A stretch of 33,110 nucleotides of DNA from Candidatus Eiseniibacteriota bacterium. Its GTDB lineage: Bacteria; Orphanbacterota; Orphanbacteria; Orphanbacterales; Orphanbacteraceae. The notes below the pieces were generated by a model. The model did no database searches. It saw only the letters and a program-made list of their open reading frames with translations, and was not told the origin of the DNA. Both the position numbers and the translations under genes were made by a program. Below, piece by piece: positions 17,574 through 27,471 of the stretch (position 1 is its first letter; every line of letters begins with the position of its first letter). The stretch is from the NCBI GenBank assembly GCA_043809585.1, contig JBDROZ010000051.1, forward strand, positions 1-33,110, read 5' to 3'.

Positions 17574-17602
17574 AGCGTACCACCGGGTTCGAGAAAAGGC
17601 AA
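17574..17602 (-). promoter_or_regulatory. Putative sigma70 promoter of asnA
   Basis: Minus strand TTGCCT-N17-TACGCT with extended -10 TG. Confidence 0.45.
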
Positions 17603-17791
17603 CCACCGATTCGGCGGAGCCGGCGGCTTTAACCGGTTTCTTGCCAACGACTTGAGTCGGTCGTCCCGCAAGGCCTCGAACAAGTCTGCCCGGGGGGGAG
17701 GGGGCGGAACGGATCTGGCGGGTCCCGGGGCGGGCGTGTATCATCGGGGTCCCCGGGGTGCGAGGATCCGCGGGATGGGAGAAATCGAACC

Positions 17792-18532
17792 TTGGAACTC
17801 TGGCACGTTCCCCTTCTCGCGGCGGGCGGGTTCGCCTGCGGGATCTTGAACGCCCTCGCGGGGGGCGGCTCGTTCGTCACCCTCCCGCTCCTCCTCCTCA
17901 TCGGTCTTCCCCCCCAGGTGGCGAACGCGACGAACCGGGTCGCCATAGTCCTGCAGACCGCCGCCGGCGCCGGTACCTATCACCACCACGGCGTGCTCCC
18001 GTGGCGCTTCGTGCCCCGTCTCGCGGTCCCCCTCATTCTCGGGGCGATCCCCGGCGCCCTCCTCGCGGCCTACCTCGACGAGTCGGTTTTCCGGAAGGCG
18101 GCGGCCGTCCTCTTCGGCCTCATGGCGCTGACCGTGTTCGTAAACCCTAAGAAGTGGGTGCGGGGGGAAGGGGAGGTGCGGATCCGGCCGATCCTCTACC
18201 CGATTCTCTTCGTCCTCGGCCTCTACGGCGGGTTCCTCCAGGCGGGCGTCGGCGTCCTCCTGATCAGCTCCTTCGTGCTCGTGGGGAACTTCGACGCGGT
18301 GCGGGGGAACGCGCTCAAGTTCAGCCTCGCCTTCCTCTTCACCCTGACTTCCCTCATCCTCTTCACCGGCGCCGGCCAGGTCCGCTGGCTCCCCGGCCTC
18401 GCCCTCGGCATCGGCACGATCGCGGGGGGAATCGTCGGCGCCCGTCTCGTCATCGCCAAGGGGGGGCGCTGGGTCCGGATCTTCGTCATCCTGGCGGCCG
18501 TCGGCGCGATCGTCAAGTTGCTGCAATCATAA
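17792..18532 (+). CDS. Sulfite exporter TauE/SafE (TSUP) family membrane protein
   Basis: GILNALAGGGS..TLP, ANATN and GLYGGFLQAGVG motifs; multiple hydrophobic helices. Confidence 0.9.
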   Translation: MELWHVPLLAAGGFACGILNALAGGGSFVTLPLLLLIGLPPQVANATNRVAIVLQTAAGAGTYHHHGVLPWRFVPRLAVPLILGAIPGALLAAYLDESVFRKAAAVLFGLMALTVFVNPKKWVRGEGEVRIRPILYPILFVLGLYGGFLQAGVGVLLISSFVLVGNFDAVRGNALKFSLAFLFTLTSLILFTGAGQVRWLPGLALGIGTIAGGIVGARLVIAKGGRWVRIFVILAAVGAIVKLLQS

Positions 18533-18658
18533 CGGATTAAAGTGGTTTGTCGACTCAAGCCCGGCGCCGCATTCGCCGATCCTCGGTGTGTGCGCCCCCC
18601 GGTCCGGACCGCGAATCCTCGCGCCGGTTCCTTCCCGGAGGGCGGTGGGGAGGACGTC

Positions 18659-19795
18659 ATGTCGAATCACGATCGTGAACGCGGATGCCGGAGTGCGCCC
18701 TTTCGGCGATCCCACGGTCTCACCGGCCTCCTTCTTCTCCTCCTGATCGCCCCGATCCAGGAGGCCGGCGCGGACCCGGAAGGCCGTTATCCGTCGACCC
18801 GGATCTACGGGTACTTCGATCTCGAAGCGGAGGTGAACGACAAGGACGCCAAGGGGGAGCGCTGGACCTTCGACCAGCACCACCTGACGGCGATCACCTA
18901 CGTCGAGCTCTCCGCCCGGTATCGGGTTCTGTTCGAGACATCGTGGGAACACGGCCCCGTCCATGAGGCGACGGACGGCACCGGCAAGATCTATCTCCCG
19001 AAAGCGTACCTCGAGTATTTCCGGTCCGACGCCCTAAGGCTCCGGGCGGGGAAGTTCCTCCCCCCCTTCGGTATCTACAACGAGAGGCACGACGCGACCC
19101 CGACGGTGATCCCGACGGTGCTCCCCCCGTCGGTATACGGCAGCCACCCGAACCTCACCGGGGCGATGGCCGACTCCCTGGGGCGGAGCGAACGGGCCTA
19201 TCCGCGCTTCGCGAGCGGCGTCTGGCTTCTCGGGAATCTGTTCGCCGGCGGCTGGGGTGTGGAGTACAACGGCTACCTCGTCAACGGCCGGGGGAGCGAC
19301 CCGGACGAGAAGGACGACAACACGAACAAGGGGCTCGGGACCCGGATCGTCCTCACGCCCCCGGGAGACGCGGTTCGATTCGGCGTCTCCTGGTACGGCG
19401 ACAGGAACGGCGAACTAAGCGACGCGCGGCAGGACGCGTTCGGCGCCGACATCGAGGCGTCTCTGGGGAACGGGATTCTCGAGGGGGGGGTCATTCTCCC
19501 CCGTTACGAGGAGCTCACCGAGGACGGGGCGCCGGACGGACACCGCAGGGAGGCCGCCGGCGCCTACCTCTTCGCCGGGTACTGTTTCTTCGACCGGCTG
19601 ACCCCGTTCGTCTACCACGACGTCTACGATCCGGACCGGGACGCGAAGGATGACCGGGAGACGGACACCACGGTGGGCGCGAACTTCGCCCTCGATTTCA
19701 CGGTCTTCCTGAAAGGCGAAGTCCACTTCCTCGGATTCGAGGACGACCGGGACGGCTACCGGAAGTACATCACTTCCGTGGCCGTCGCGTTCTAG
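18659..19795 (+). CDS. Outer-membrane beta-barrel porin-like protein
   Basis: Signal peptide, [17 protein letters not shown] motif, alternating beta-strand pattern, C-terminal Phe (SVAVAF). GGAGG RBS before the ATG at 18659. Confidence 0.75.
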   Translation: MSNHDRERGCRSAPFRRSHGLTGLLLLLLIAPIQEAGADPEGRYPSTRIYGYFDLEAEVNDKDAKGERWTFDQHHLTAITYVELSARYRVLFETSWEHGPVHEATDGTGKIYLPKAYLEYFRSDALRLRAGKFLPPFGIYNERHDATPTVIPTVLPPSVYGSHPNLTGAMADSLGRSERAYPRFASGVWLLGNLFAGGWGVEYNGYLVNGRGSDPDEKDDNTNKGLGTRIVLTPPGDAVRFGVSWYGDRNGELSDARQDAFGADIEASLGNGILEGGVILPRYEELTEDGAPDGHRREAAGAYLFAGYCFFDRLTPFVYHDVYDPDRDAKDDRETDTTVGANFALDFTVFLKGEVHFLGFEDDRDGYRKYITSVAVAF

Positions 19796-19806
19796 GGGGG
19801 CGCGCG

Positions 19807-20301
19807 ATGAAAGGCACATGGACAGCGCGGGCCTTGATCGCGGGACTCCTCCTCACGGCGGGCGTCGCGGCCGCCGATTGGATCGTCGTCGTCGTCCATC
19901 CGGGCAACCCCGTCACGGACCTCTCCAAGGACGAGCTCCGGCGCTTCTACCAGGGGAAGGTCAGCGCCTTCCCGGATGGACGGCGCGTCCTCCTCGGCGT
20001 GCATTCGAAACTGAGCGAACGGTTCTACGACGCCGTTCTGGGGATGTCGGCGAACCAGTTCCGCAAGCACTGGATCAAGGAAGTCTTCTCCGGGTCGGCG
20101 GCCGCGCCGCCCGAGCCCCTTCGCTCGGACGAAACGCTGCTCGAGTTCGTGGCCGGGAACCCGGGGGCCATCGCGTTCGTGAATGCCTCGGCGGTCAACG
20201 GCCGGGTCAAGGTGATCACCGTCGGCGGGGCCGCCCCCGGCGATCGCGGGTACCCGCGGGCGATGGACGACGGGGAGAAGTCGGAGGAGCCAGTGCAATG
20301 A
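19807..20301 (+). CDS. Small periplasmic-binding-protein-like protein (often annotated as phosphate ABC substrate-binding)
   Basis: Signal peptide; [20 protein letters not shown]...[11 protein letters not shown] pattern. Confidence 0.75.
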   Translation: MKGTWTARALIAGLLLTAGVAAADWIVVVVHPGNPVTDLSKDELRRFYQGKVSAFPDGRRVLLGVHSKLSERFYDAVLGMSANQFRKHWIKEVFSGSAAAPPEPLRSDETLLEFVAGNPGAIAFVNASAVNGRVKVITVGGAAPGDRGYPRAMDDGEKSEEPVQ

Positions 20302-22661
20302 TCGGCCGATTGGCGTCCCTTCCGATCCGGGCGAAGCTCGCGATCAGTTCTCTCCTCGCCCTGCTGGCGATTTCGATGTTCGTTCTGATCTACTATCCCC
20401 ACGAGCAGAGGCGATCCGCGGTGGAAACCGCGGAGGAGCGCGATCACGGACTCGCCGTCATGATCGCATTGAGTGTCGGGGTCGCGCTGGAGCTGGAGGA
20501 CTATGAAGCCCTCACCGCCTCCCTCGAATGGACGCGGAACCGGTTCGGAGTCGACTACATCGCCGTGATCGACGAGGAAGGCGAGGTTCTGGCCCACTAT
20601 GATCCGGAGGGCCACGCATTCGAGCCGATCGGAGCCGCCTCGCGGCGGCACAGGCTCGACAGGGGCGCGTGCCCCTACCACATCTCGGAGACGCCGATTG
20701 TCTACGGGGGCCGATACCTCGGGACCATCGTCCTCGGGACCTGCCTGCACGACATCGAAGAGTCGGTCCGATCGGGAGTCCACGCGACCCTCAGCTTCGC
20801 CGCGATCGCCGTTCTGATCGGCATCCTTCTCTCCTTCTTGGCCGCGGGCCGGATCACCCGTCCCATCCTCGCCCTCCGCGCCGCCGCGATCCGCGTCTCC
20901 CGGGGGGACCTCGACGGCGAGGTCCCCCGGAACTCGCGGGACGAGATCGGCACCCTGGAGCAGGCGTTCGACATCATGATCCGGCGGATCCGGGAGTCGG
21001 TGGAGAAGCTGGAGGAGGCGAACCGGGAGGCGGACCGGATGGCCGAGAAGGCCCGGCGGGCGAGCCTCGCCAAGAGCGAGTTTCTCGCCAACATGAGCCA
21101 CGAGATCCGGACCCCCTTGAACGCGATCATCGGCATGACCGAGCTCGCCCTCGACACGGACCTGGACGCGGACCAGCGGGAATACCTGTCCACCGTTCTC
21201 GGCTCCTCGGAGTCGCTTCTCACGCTGATCAACGATATCCTCGATTTCTCCAAGATCGAAGCGGGCCAGATGGTTCTCGAAGAGACGCCCTACTCCCTGC
21301 GGAAGGTTGTGGAGTCGGCGGTGGAAACCCTCGCGATCCGCGCCCACGAGAAATCTCTCGAGCTGGTGGCCTTCATCGAACCGTCGGTGCCGGACCGGGT
21401 GGTGGGGGATCCGACGCGACTCCGCCAGGTTATCGTGAACCTCGTCGGGAACGCGGTGAAATTCACCCACGAGGGGGAGGTCGTGGTGCGATGCTCCTAC
21501 TTGCCGGAGAGGACGCCATCGACGCCCTTCCACTTCTCCGTGGCGGACACGGGCATCGGCATCCCCGAAGACCGGCAGGAGAAGATTTTCGAGAGCTTCA
21601 CCCAGGCGGACGGATCCACCACGCGCAAGTACGGGGGCACCGGCCTCGGCACGACGATCTCGAGGAAGCTCATCGGGCTGATGGGGGGATCGATCCGGGT
21701 GGAGAGCCCGAGCAGCCCGGATCCGAAAACCGGCGGCCCCGGGACCACGTTCCGCTTCGAGATCGGCATGGAGGTCGCCGACCCCGCGTCAGGTCCCTCG
21801 ACGGCCGTCCAAGGCCCGGTGCCGGACGCCCGGGTTCTCGTGGTCGACGACAACGGGACGAACCGCCTTCTCCTGGAGATCCTGCTCCGCCGGTGGGGAT
21901 TCGACTGCGCCTCGGCCGTCGACGGCCCCTCGGCGCGGGACGCCCTCGCCGAGGCCCATCGCAAGGGGTGTCCCTTCGATCTGATGCTTCTCGACGTGCA
22001 GATGCCGGGCGAAGACGGCCTCAAGACGGCGGAGATCGTGCGGGCCGATCCCGCGTTCCGGGGCCTGAAGGTGATCGTTCTCACGTCGGCCGGGATGCGC
22101 AGGGAGAAGGAACGGCAGAAGGCGCTGGGCCTCGAGGGGTATCTCACGAAGCCGATCAAGCAGGAGATTCTGAGGGACGCGATCCTCGCGGCTCTCGGCG
22201 GGGTAAGCGGGTTTCCTTCGAAGCGGGGCTCCGCGGTCCGGGCCGAGGGAAAGCCGGCGATCGAAAGCCTCCGCGTTCTCGTCGCGGAGGACAACCGGGT
22301 GAACCAGCGGGTCGCGGAGAAGCTCCTCCTAAAGTGGGGCCACACGGTGACCCTCGTCGACGACGGGGAGGACGCCGTGGCCGCTTTTTCGAAGGGGGGG
22401 TTCGACGTGATCCTGATGGACGTCCAGATGCCACGGATGGACGGACTGGAAGCGACTGCCGCGATCCGAGAAGTGGAGAAGGGATCGGGCCGGAGAATCC
22501 CGATCATCGCTCTCACCGCCCACGCCTTAAAAGGGGACCGGGACCGGGTGATCGCCGCCGGCATGGACGGGTACGTCACCAAGCCGATCCGCCGGGACGA
22601 ACTGCAGAGGGCCCTCGCCGAGGCGGCGTCCCGCGCCCTCCCCGCTTCTTCGCGCACCTAG
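20298..22661 (+). CDS. Hybrid sensor histidine kinase (2TM sensor-HAMP-HisKA-HATPase-REC-REC)
   Basis: [37 protein letters not shown] and two receiver domains. ATG overlaps the upstream stop (ATGA). Confidence 0.93.
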   Translation: MIGRLASLPIRAKLAISSLLALLAISMFVLIYYPHEQRRSAVETAEERDHGLAVMIALSVGVALELEDYEALTASLEWTRNRFGVDYIAVIDEEGEVLAHYDPEGHAFEPIGAASRRHRLDRGACPYHISETPIVYGGRYLGTIVLGTCLHDIEESVRSGVHATLSFAAIAVLIGILLSFLAAGRITRPILALRAAAIRVSRGDLDGEVPRNSRDEIGTLEQAFDIMIRRIRESVEKLEEANREADRMAEKARRASLAKSEFLANMSHEIRTPLNAIIGMTELALDTDLDADQREYLSTVLGSSESLLTLINDILDFSKIEAGQMVLEETPYSLRKVVESAVETLAIRAHEKSLELVAFIEPSVPDRVVGDPTRLRQVIVNLVGNAVKFTHEGEVVVRCSYLPERTPSTPFHFSVADTGIGIPEDRQEKIFESFTQADGSTTRKYGGTGLGTTISRKLIGLMGGSIRVESPSSPDPKTGGPGTTFRFEIGMEVADPASGPSTAVQGPVPDARVLVVDDNGTNRLLLEILLRRWGFDCASAVDGPSARDALAEAHRKGCPFDLMLLDVQMPGEDGLKTAEIVRADPAFRGLKVIVLTSAGMRREKERQKALGLEGYLTKPIKQEILRDAILAALGGVSGFPSKRGSAVRAEGKPAIESLRVLVAEDNRVNQRVAEKLLLKWGHTVTLVDDGEDAVAAFSKGGFDVILMDVQMPRMDGLEATAAIREVEKGSGRRIPIIALTAHALKGDRDRVIAAGMDGYVTKPIRRDELQRALAEAASRALPASSRT

Positions 22662-22836
22662 CCTGGATTATGCACAAATCTCCTACTGCGATCTCGGATC
22701 GCCGACTGCGAAGCCTCCTTTCCGTCGCCGCCTCCTCGATGTAGTGCATGACTACACTTCCGGTGGCGGCTCGTCCAAGTCAGCTTCTCGTCTGGCGATC
22801 CGAGCCCTCGTGACGGAGATTCATGCATAATCCAGG
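22662..22836 (+). mobile_element. MITE family A copy E3 (complete, 175 bp, CTAG flanks)
   Basis: 22-bp TIRs (20/22) CCTGGATTATGCACAAATCTCC. CTAG at 22658-22661 and 22837-22840. The whole element is an imperfect hairpin. Confidence 0.9.
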
Positions 22837-22866
22837 CTAGGGACGCAATCGTGCGGAACGACAATA

Positions 22867-22890
22867 GGCCCGGAGGCGTTCCCCCGGGCC
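22867..22890. terminator. Short hairpin between convergent genes
   Basis: GGCCCGG...CCGGGCC stem; U-tract is weak. Confidence 0.4.
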
Positions 22891-22915
22891 GCCGTCGTTT
22901 CTTCGCCCGTCCGGG

Positions 22916-23209
22916 TTAGACGGAAATCACCGAGTCTTCGGAACCGAACTTGTTTGGCACGTACCCGTCGGCCGCCCAGTCGTTCTCCCACTTCTTGCCG
23001 TCCACCAGGTAGCGGAACCGGTACTCCGTCCCCGGCTTCAAGGAGACGGTCACCGAGAAGCTACCGTCTTTCCGTTTCTTCATCGGGGTCTTCATCGGAT
23101 CCCAGCCGTTGAAGTCGCCGCACACGGCGGCCTTCTTCGCGCGGATATCCGCCGGAAGGTCGAATGTGACCTTGCAGGTGCGCCCTTTCGGGGAGTACGT
23201 CTTTTCCAT
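22916..23209 (-). CDS. Isoamylase early-set / CBM48 glycogen-binding domain protein
   Basis: VTF...VCGDFNGW...YRFRYLVDG..WEND pattern. GGAG RBS; 97 aa. Confidence 0.88.
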   Translation of the reverse strand: MEKTYSPKGRTCKVTFDLPADIRAKKAAVCGDFNGWDPMKTPMKKRKDGSFSVTVSLKPGTEYRFRYLVDGKKWENDWAADGYVPNKFGSEDSVISV

Positions 23210-23579
23210 CACTCTTCTCCTCTGAACCTCGGCCGTCTCACGAACGGCCGCATGTTTCTCGACTCGCCGGCCGCTGGGAGGGGCGCCCCGGAGCGGTTCG
23301 CCCCTTCGCGACCGCTGGCAACAAAGCATGATAGTACAAATGGCACCGATCGTGGGGGAGTATCCGAGCAAGGAGACAAAAAGAGGACCCATCCCCTCCG
23401 CATTTGAAACCGATTGTCCCGGAAGGAGTTGCGCGAGCGGCCGGGCGGAAGGTCGATCGTCCGGGCCTTCGGGGCAGGGGGAAGCGGTCCTCCGAGAGGT
23501 TCGGCCGCTCCAGGGGGTTGGACTATGGTAAAATAGATTATCGTTTCCTGTTCAAATCCCGCTCCCCGGGAGAAACGAC

Positions 23580-24809
23580 ATGGCCCGACTCCGGCCCGCG
23601 TGGATCGCGCTTCTCTTCATCGCCACCCTCGCGGGGGCGGAGGAAATCACTCTCGTCACTTACAACCTGCTCAATTTCCCCGGCAGCACCGGCGCGGCAC
23701 GGGCGCCCTACTTCCGCACCGTCATGGACGGCCTCGGCCCCGATCTGATCGTGGCGCAGGAGATCCTCGGGCAGACCGGCGTGAACTACTTCGAGCAGAA
23801 CGTCCTCGATGTGTGGGAGCCTGGATCGTGGTCCGTCGGGCCCTATCACGACGGTTACGACACGGACAATGCCCTCTTCTACCGGACGGGCATGATCGAA
23901 GTGCTCGGTTCCGGGTGGCTCGACACGGCGCTCCGGGACATCGACTGGTGGCATCTCCGATGGGCGGCGACGGGCGATGAGTTCCGGGTCTACTCGCTCC
24001 ACCTGAAGGCCAGCCAGGGGGTCGACAACGAGGCGAAGCGGCTGGCCGAATGCGAGATTCTCCGAACCTCCCTGGATGCCCTCCCCGCCGGCCTCCCCTT
24101 CCTCGTGGTCGGCGACTTCAACATTTACACGGCGGCCGAGTCGGCGTACCAGCACCTCACCGGACCGGGCGCGGGGGAACTGTTCGACCCGATCGACCAG
24201 GAGGGGAACTGGCACGACACCGCCATCTACGCGCCGATTCACACGCAGAGCACGCGTACCACGTCCTTTGGAGGCGGGGCGACGGGAGGAATGGACGACC
24301 GCTTCGATCTGATTCTCGCGGGCGAGGATCTTCTCGACGGGGGGGGGCTCGAGATCGACCCGGCGACCTATCTCGCCTACGGGAACGACGGAAACCACTT
24401 CAACCTCTCCATCGTGACCGGGGTGAACACGGCCGTGCCCGCGGATGTCGCCAACGCCCTTCACGAGGCGAGCGACCACCTGCCCGTGAGGGCGACCCTC
24501 CTCTCCGACGTCTCCACGTCTGTCGCCTCGGCGGTCCCCGCGGAGCGGCTCCGGATCGTGGCGGCGCCGAACCCGTTCAATCCGGCGACCACGATCCGCT
24601 TCTCGTTGCCCGGCGCGGGAGCCGGAGCCCTCGTCGTCTACGATCTTCGAGGCCGGGAAGTGCGGCGGCTCCTCTCGGGGATTCCGGCCGGTGCCCCCGA
24701 CGAGGCGGTCTGGGACGGCCGGGGGCGCGAGGTCCCATCCGGCGTCTATTTCGCCCGGGTCTCCTCCGGCGGCGCCGCGGAGTCTGTCCGGCTCGTACTC
24801 GTTCGCTGA
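23580..24809 (+). CDS. Secreted endonuclease/exonuclease/phosphatase (EEP) family protein with C-terminal FlgD-Ig/T9SS-type domain
   Basis: TYN, QEI, HLKA, GDFN, RFD and SDHLPV motifs; signal peptide; PNPFNP...SGVYFAR tail. Confidence 0.9.
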   Translation: MARLRPAWIALLFIATLAGAEEITLVTYNLLNFPGSTGAARAPYFRTVMDGLGPDLIVAQEILGQTGVNYFEQNVLDVWEPGSWSVGPYHDGYDTDNALFYRTGMIEVLGSGWLDTALRDIDWWHLRWAATGDEFRVYSLHLKASQGVDNEAKRLAECEILRTSLDALPAGLPFLVVGDFNIYTAAESAYQHLTGPGAGELFDPIDQEGNWHDTAIYAPIHTQSTRTTSFGGGATGGMDDRFDLILAGEDLLDGGGLEIDPATYLAYGNDGNHFNLSIVTGVNTAVPADVANALHEASDHLPVRATLLSDVSTSVASAVPAERLRIVAAPNPFNPATTIRFSLPGAGAGALVVYDLRGREVRRLLSGIPAGAPDEAVWDGRGREVPSGVYFARVSSGGAAESVRLVLVR

Positions 24810-24954
24810 TCGATGGGGGCCGAAGGCCGGATTCGGTCGCGGGGGGATCGCCGCCTCACTTGCCGGAGAGCCTCGGGACAAGCGGGGAGCGGTCGATCCC
24901 TGTCATCTTCGGATTCCCGACGCCACTGATTCACGGTGCATCGAGGGAGGGATC

Positions 24955-25437
24955 ATGATCGGGAAGGCACTGCAATCGCTCTGTCAGTTCGGGCCGTTCA
25001 CGGTACGGAAGAACATCGAAGGGATCACGCAGGAAGAAAGCCTCCGCGCCCCCGAAGGGGGGGGAAATCACATGAACTGGGTCATGGGGCACATCGTGGC
25101 CACACGGAGCCACCTGCACCGGCTTCTCGGGAAGGAACCGCTCTGGTCGGAGGAGGAGATCGCCTTGTACGACCGGGGCGCTCCGGGGGGCATCGGCAGG
25201 GGCGAGGCGATCGACATGGGGAAGATGATCGATGACTTCGAGAAGTCCCAGGAGACTTTCGTGGCGGTTCTCGAGGGGATGAGCGACGAGGAGTTCGCGG
25301 GGAAAGGGGCGCCGAAGGGGATCGGTGGGGAGTCGATGGGGGAGCAGCTGGCGGCGTTCATGTTTCACGAGGCGTATCACGCGGGGCAGCTCGGGATCTT
25401 GCGAAGGGGATTGGGGAAGCCGGGCGGCATAACGTAA
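24955..25437 (+). CDS. DinB family protein
   Basis: NHMNWVMGHI and FHEAYHAGQLGILRR motifs. GGAGG RBS. Confidence 0.88.
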   Translation: MIGKALQSLCQFGPFTVRKNIEGITQEESLRAPEGGGNHMNWVMGHIVATRSHLHRLLGKEPLWSEEEIALYDRGAPGGIGRGEAIDMGKMIDDFEKSQETFVAVLEGMSDEEFAGKGAPKGIGGESMGEQLAAFMFHEAYHAGQLGILRRGLGKPGGIT

Positions 25438-25471
25438 GAGACGTAGTCCGGATGACGCTCCCCATATGATT

Positions 25472-25595
25472 GTCGCCGGATGCTCGGATCCGGCTTCGGG
25501 GCTCGCCCGCCCCGTCGCTCGCTAGGGAAGCCCGCTTCCGCTGGGCAAACGCTCGCGAGGGACAGGCGTCGCCCCGGCCACCAAGCACCGGCGAC
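25472..25595. repeat. Long imperfect palindrome (REP/MITE-like)
   Basis: Nested arms GTCGCCGG/CCGGCGAC, TGCT/AGCA, GGGGC/GCCCC and TCGC/GCGA. Confidence 0.55.
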
Positions 25596-25740
25596 GGAAT
25601 CTCGGAAGCACCGCCCCTACGCTTCCGCGCCGGGCTACGAAACCTGGCTCTCATTGAAACAGGCCGCCCGGATGAGGAAGAAGAGAGACGTCCGCCCACC
25701 TGGGTGATTCGGGCTCCTCACCAGTCCTACCGCGCCTGGT

Positions 25741-26157
25741 GCCTTGGAATGAGTGAGGGATTGGTTCCGCCCGAGCCCTTCGATACGGACCTTCGGTCCT
25801 ACTAAGAAGAGGCCTCCGGCCGGCCACGTTCATCGGCGGGGCGTGGGGGCCGGCTGAGGGAGGGATAGAGGGGCAGACTTGAACGCTCGTCGTGCTGCGG
25901 GAGTCAACCTTGATCTTTCATAAAATCTCGGCTCAAAGCGCTCTCGCTCGCGTGCCAGCACGCCATCCGGAACCGTACTCGCCCTCACCAAGGCTCACGT
26001 ATTGTGAAATACGCTCCCCATGGTTCGGGCTACGTGCGGCCCCGTTTGGCGCACTCTCACGCGTTGGATCTCGAGATTTTGTGAAAGATCAAGGTCAACC
26101 CTCCCATTCTCCGGGCTCGTAGAGGTGGCGCCCAGGAAGACGGCAACAACTCTCCCG
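25741..26157 (+). repeat. Repeat R copy A (about 225 bp plus an inserted MITE)
   Basis: Collinear with the reverse complement of 27472-27695 once the 25908-26094 insertion and one TCAA are removed. Confidence 0.85.
25908..26094. mobile_element. 187-bp MITE E4 inserted in repeat R copy A
   Basis: 23-bp TIRs (22/23) CCTTGATCTTTCA(T/C)AAAATCTCG. TCAA direct repeats at 25904-25907 and 26095-26098. Copy B shows the empty site. Confidence 0.9.
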
Positions 26158-26171
26158 AGGATGGAGGCGGG

Positions 26172-27341
26172 ATGTTGCGTGGTCGTTCGAGGACAATCGG
26201 CCCGGCGGGGGGGAGCCGGCTCGCGGCGGCGGTTTTTCTCCTCTGCCTCGCCGGCCCGGCGACCCCGTCCCCGGAGGCTCCCGACAGCGCCGCCGCGCCG
26301 AAATCCGTGCATGGATCCCGCCTCTTCCCCCCCCGTCTCGCCGCCCGGAGTGTCGTCTTCCTCCCCAAAGTCTACTACTCGACGGAGAACAGATTCGGCG
26401 TCGGCGGCCACGTGGTCGCTCCCTTCTGGTTTCAAGGCGACTGCGAAGCGGATGGGCGCCGGTCGGACGTGCGGGTCAAGGGACGGCTGACCACGGATCT
26501 TCACGGCAAGGCGGAAATCGAGTTCAATCTCCGATGCGCCGACCCCTGGTCGCTCGAGGGGAAGTTCGCCTACGACAACCTCGCCCTCCGGTTTTGGGGG
26601 ATCGGCTCCGACACGCCCTCGGAGAACGAGGAGGTCTACCGTCCTCAGAGCGTGCTCGTCTGCGTCGAGCTCTTCCGGCGGGTCGCGGACGGCTTCCGGA
26701 TGGGCGTCCGCTGGGAGCGGGAGCAGTACAAGTTCATCGAGGTCGAGCCGGGAGGGCTCCTCGATACGATGGAATACGTCGGCCTCCGGGGACGCCGGAT
26801 CAGCGGCGCCGGGCTCCTCCTCGACTGGGACACCCGGGATCACGTCTATTCCCCGAGCCGGGGCCGTTACTACCACGGCTACACGCTCTTCTTCGAAGAC
26901 TTCCTCGGGAGCGCCCACACGTTCAATAACCACTTCGTCGATCTCCGCCATTACCTCCCCCTCGGGGGCGAGAACGTCTTCGCGACCCAGCTCGTCGGCT
27001 ACTCCGTGCGCGGTGCGCCCCCCATCTACCGCTACGCCGCCCTCGGGGGCCGGGAGCACACCCGGGGCTACCGCACGGCCCGCTACCTCGATCGGGTTCT
27101 CCTCGCCTTCCAGGGAGAGTATCGCTTTCCCCTGGTCTGGCGGTTCGGGGGCGTCGCCTTCGGCGGCCTCGCCGGCGTCTCCCGGAACATCGAGTCCTTC
27201 CGGCTCGACCGGATGAGGCCGACCGTCGGCGCCGGCCTCCGGCTCCTCGTCGGCGACGACGATCGCATCCGCCTCCGTTTCGACGCCGCCTTCGGCGAGG
27301 AATCCGCTCGTTTCTACGCCAGCATCGGAGAGGCGTTCTAG
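26172..27341 (+). CDS. Omp85/BamA-TamA family outer-membrane protein, barrel only
   Basis: WDTRD...PSRG, LGG...RGY...RY.D, GAGLR, LRFD and C-terminal GEAF motifs; signal peptide; too short to carry POTRA domains. Confidence 0.88.
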   Translation: MLRGRSRTIGPAGGSRLAAAVFLLCLAGPATPSPEAPDSAAAPKSVHGSRLFPPRLAARSVVFLPKVYYSTENRFGVGGHVVAPFWFQGDCEADGRRSDVRVKGRLTTDLHGKAEIEFNLRCADPWSLEGKFAYDNLALRFWGIGSDTPSENEEVYRPQSVLVCVELFRRVADGFRMGVRWEREQYKFIEVEPGGLLDTMEYVGLRGRRISGAGLLLDWDTRDHVYSPSRGRYYHGYTLFFEDFLGSAHTFNNHFVDLRHYLPLGGENVFATQLVGYSVRGAPPIYRYAALGGREHTRGYRTARYLDRVLLAFQGEYRFPLVWRFGGVAFGGLAGVSRNIESFRLDRMRPTVGAGLRLLVGDDDRIRLRFDAAFGEESARFYASIGEAF

Positions 27342-27471
27342 GGCGATGCCGAGGGGGATGTTCTCCTCGGACCCTTCATCTGCACCCTGAGACTGGTCGT
27401 GCTCGTGGGCGCTATCCGTCCGGAGGATGGCGGGACGGGGGGGACGGTTCCGGGAGGGGTCGGGTCATAAC

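Noticed and set aside
19818-20297. N-terminal extension of the kinase ORF, and similar extensions of korC, korB, dinB and the DUF6599-like ORF
   Set aside because: They overlap upstream genes in another frame. Coupled ATGA/TGATG starts or clear RBSs define the shorter starts.
22658-22864. Small ORFs containing LAWIMH(K/E)SP peptides, and similar short ORFs at 25651-25833 and 27531-27791
   Set aside because: These are translations of the MITE and repeat R sequences, with no independent evidence of coding.
24844-24900. Imperfect hairpin between the EEP gene and dinB
   Set aside because: Single copy in the window with no TIR or duplication. It may be a terminator-like structure, but there is not enough support to call it.
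26119-26152. GTAGAGGTGGCG resembling the start of a lysine riboswitch
   Set aside because: The rest of the aptamer is missing, the gene context is wrong, and the sequence is part of repeat R.
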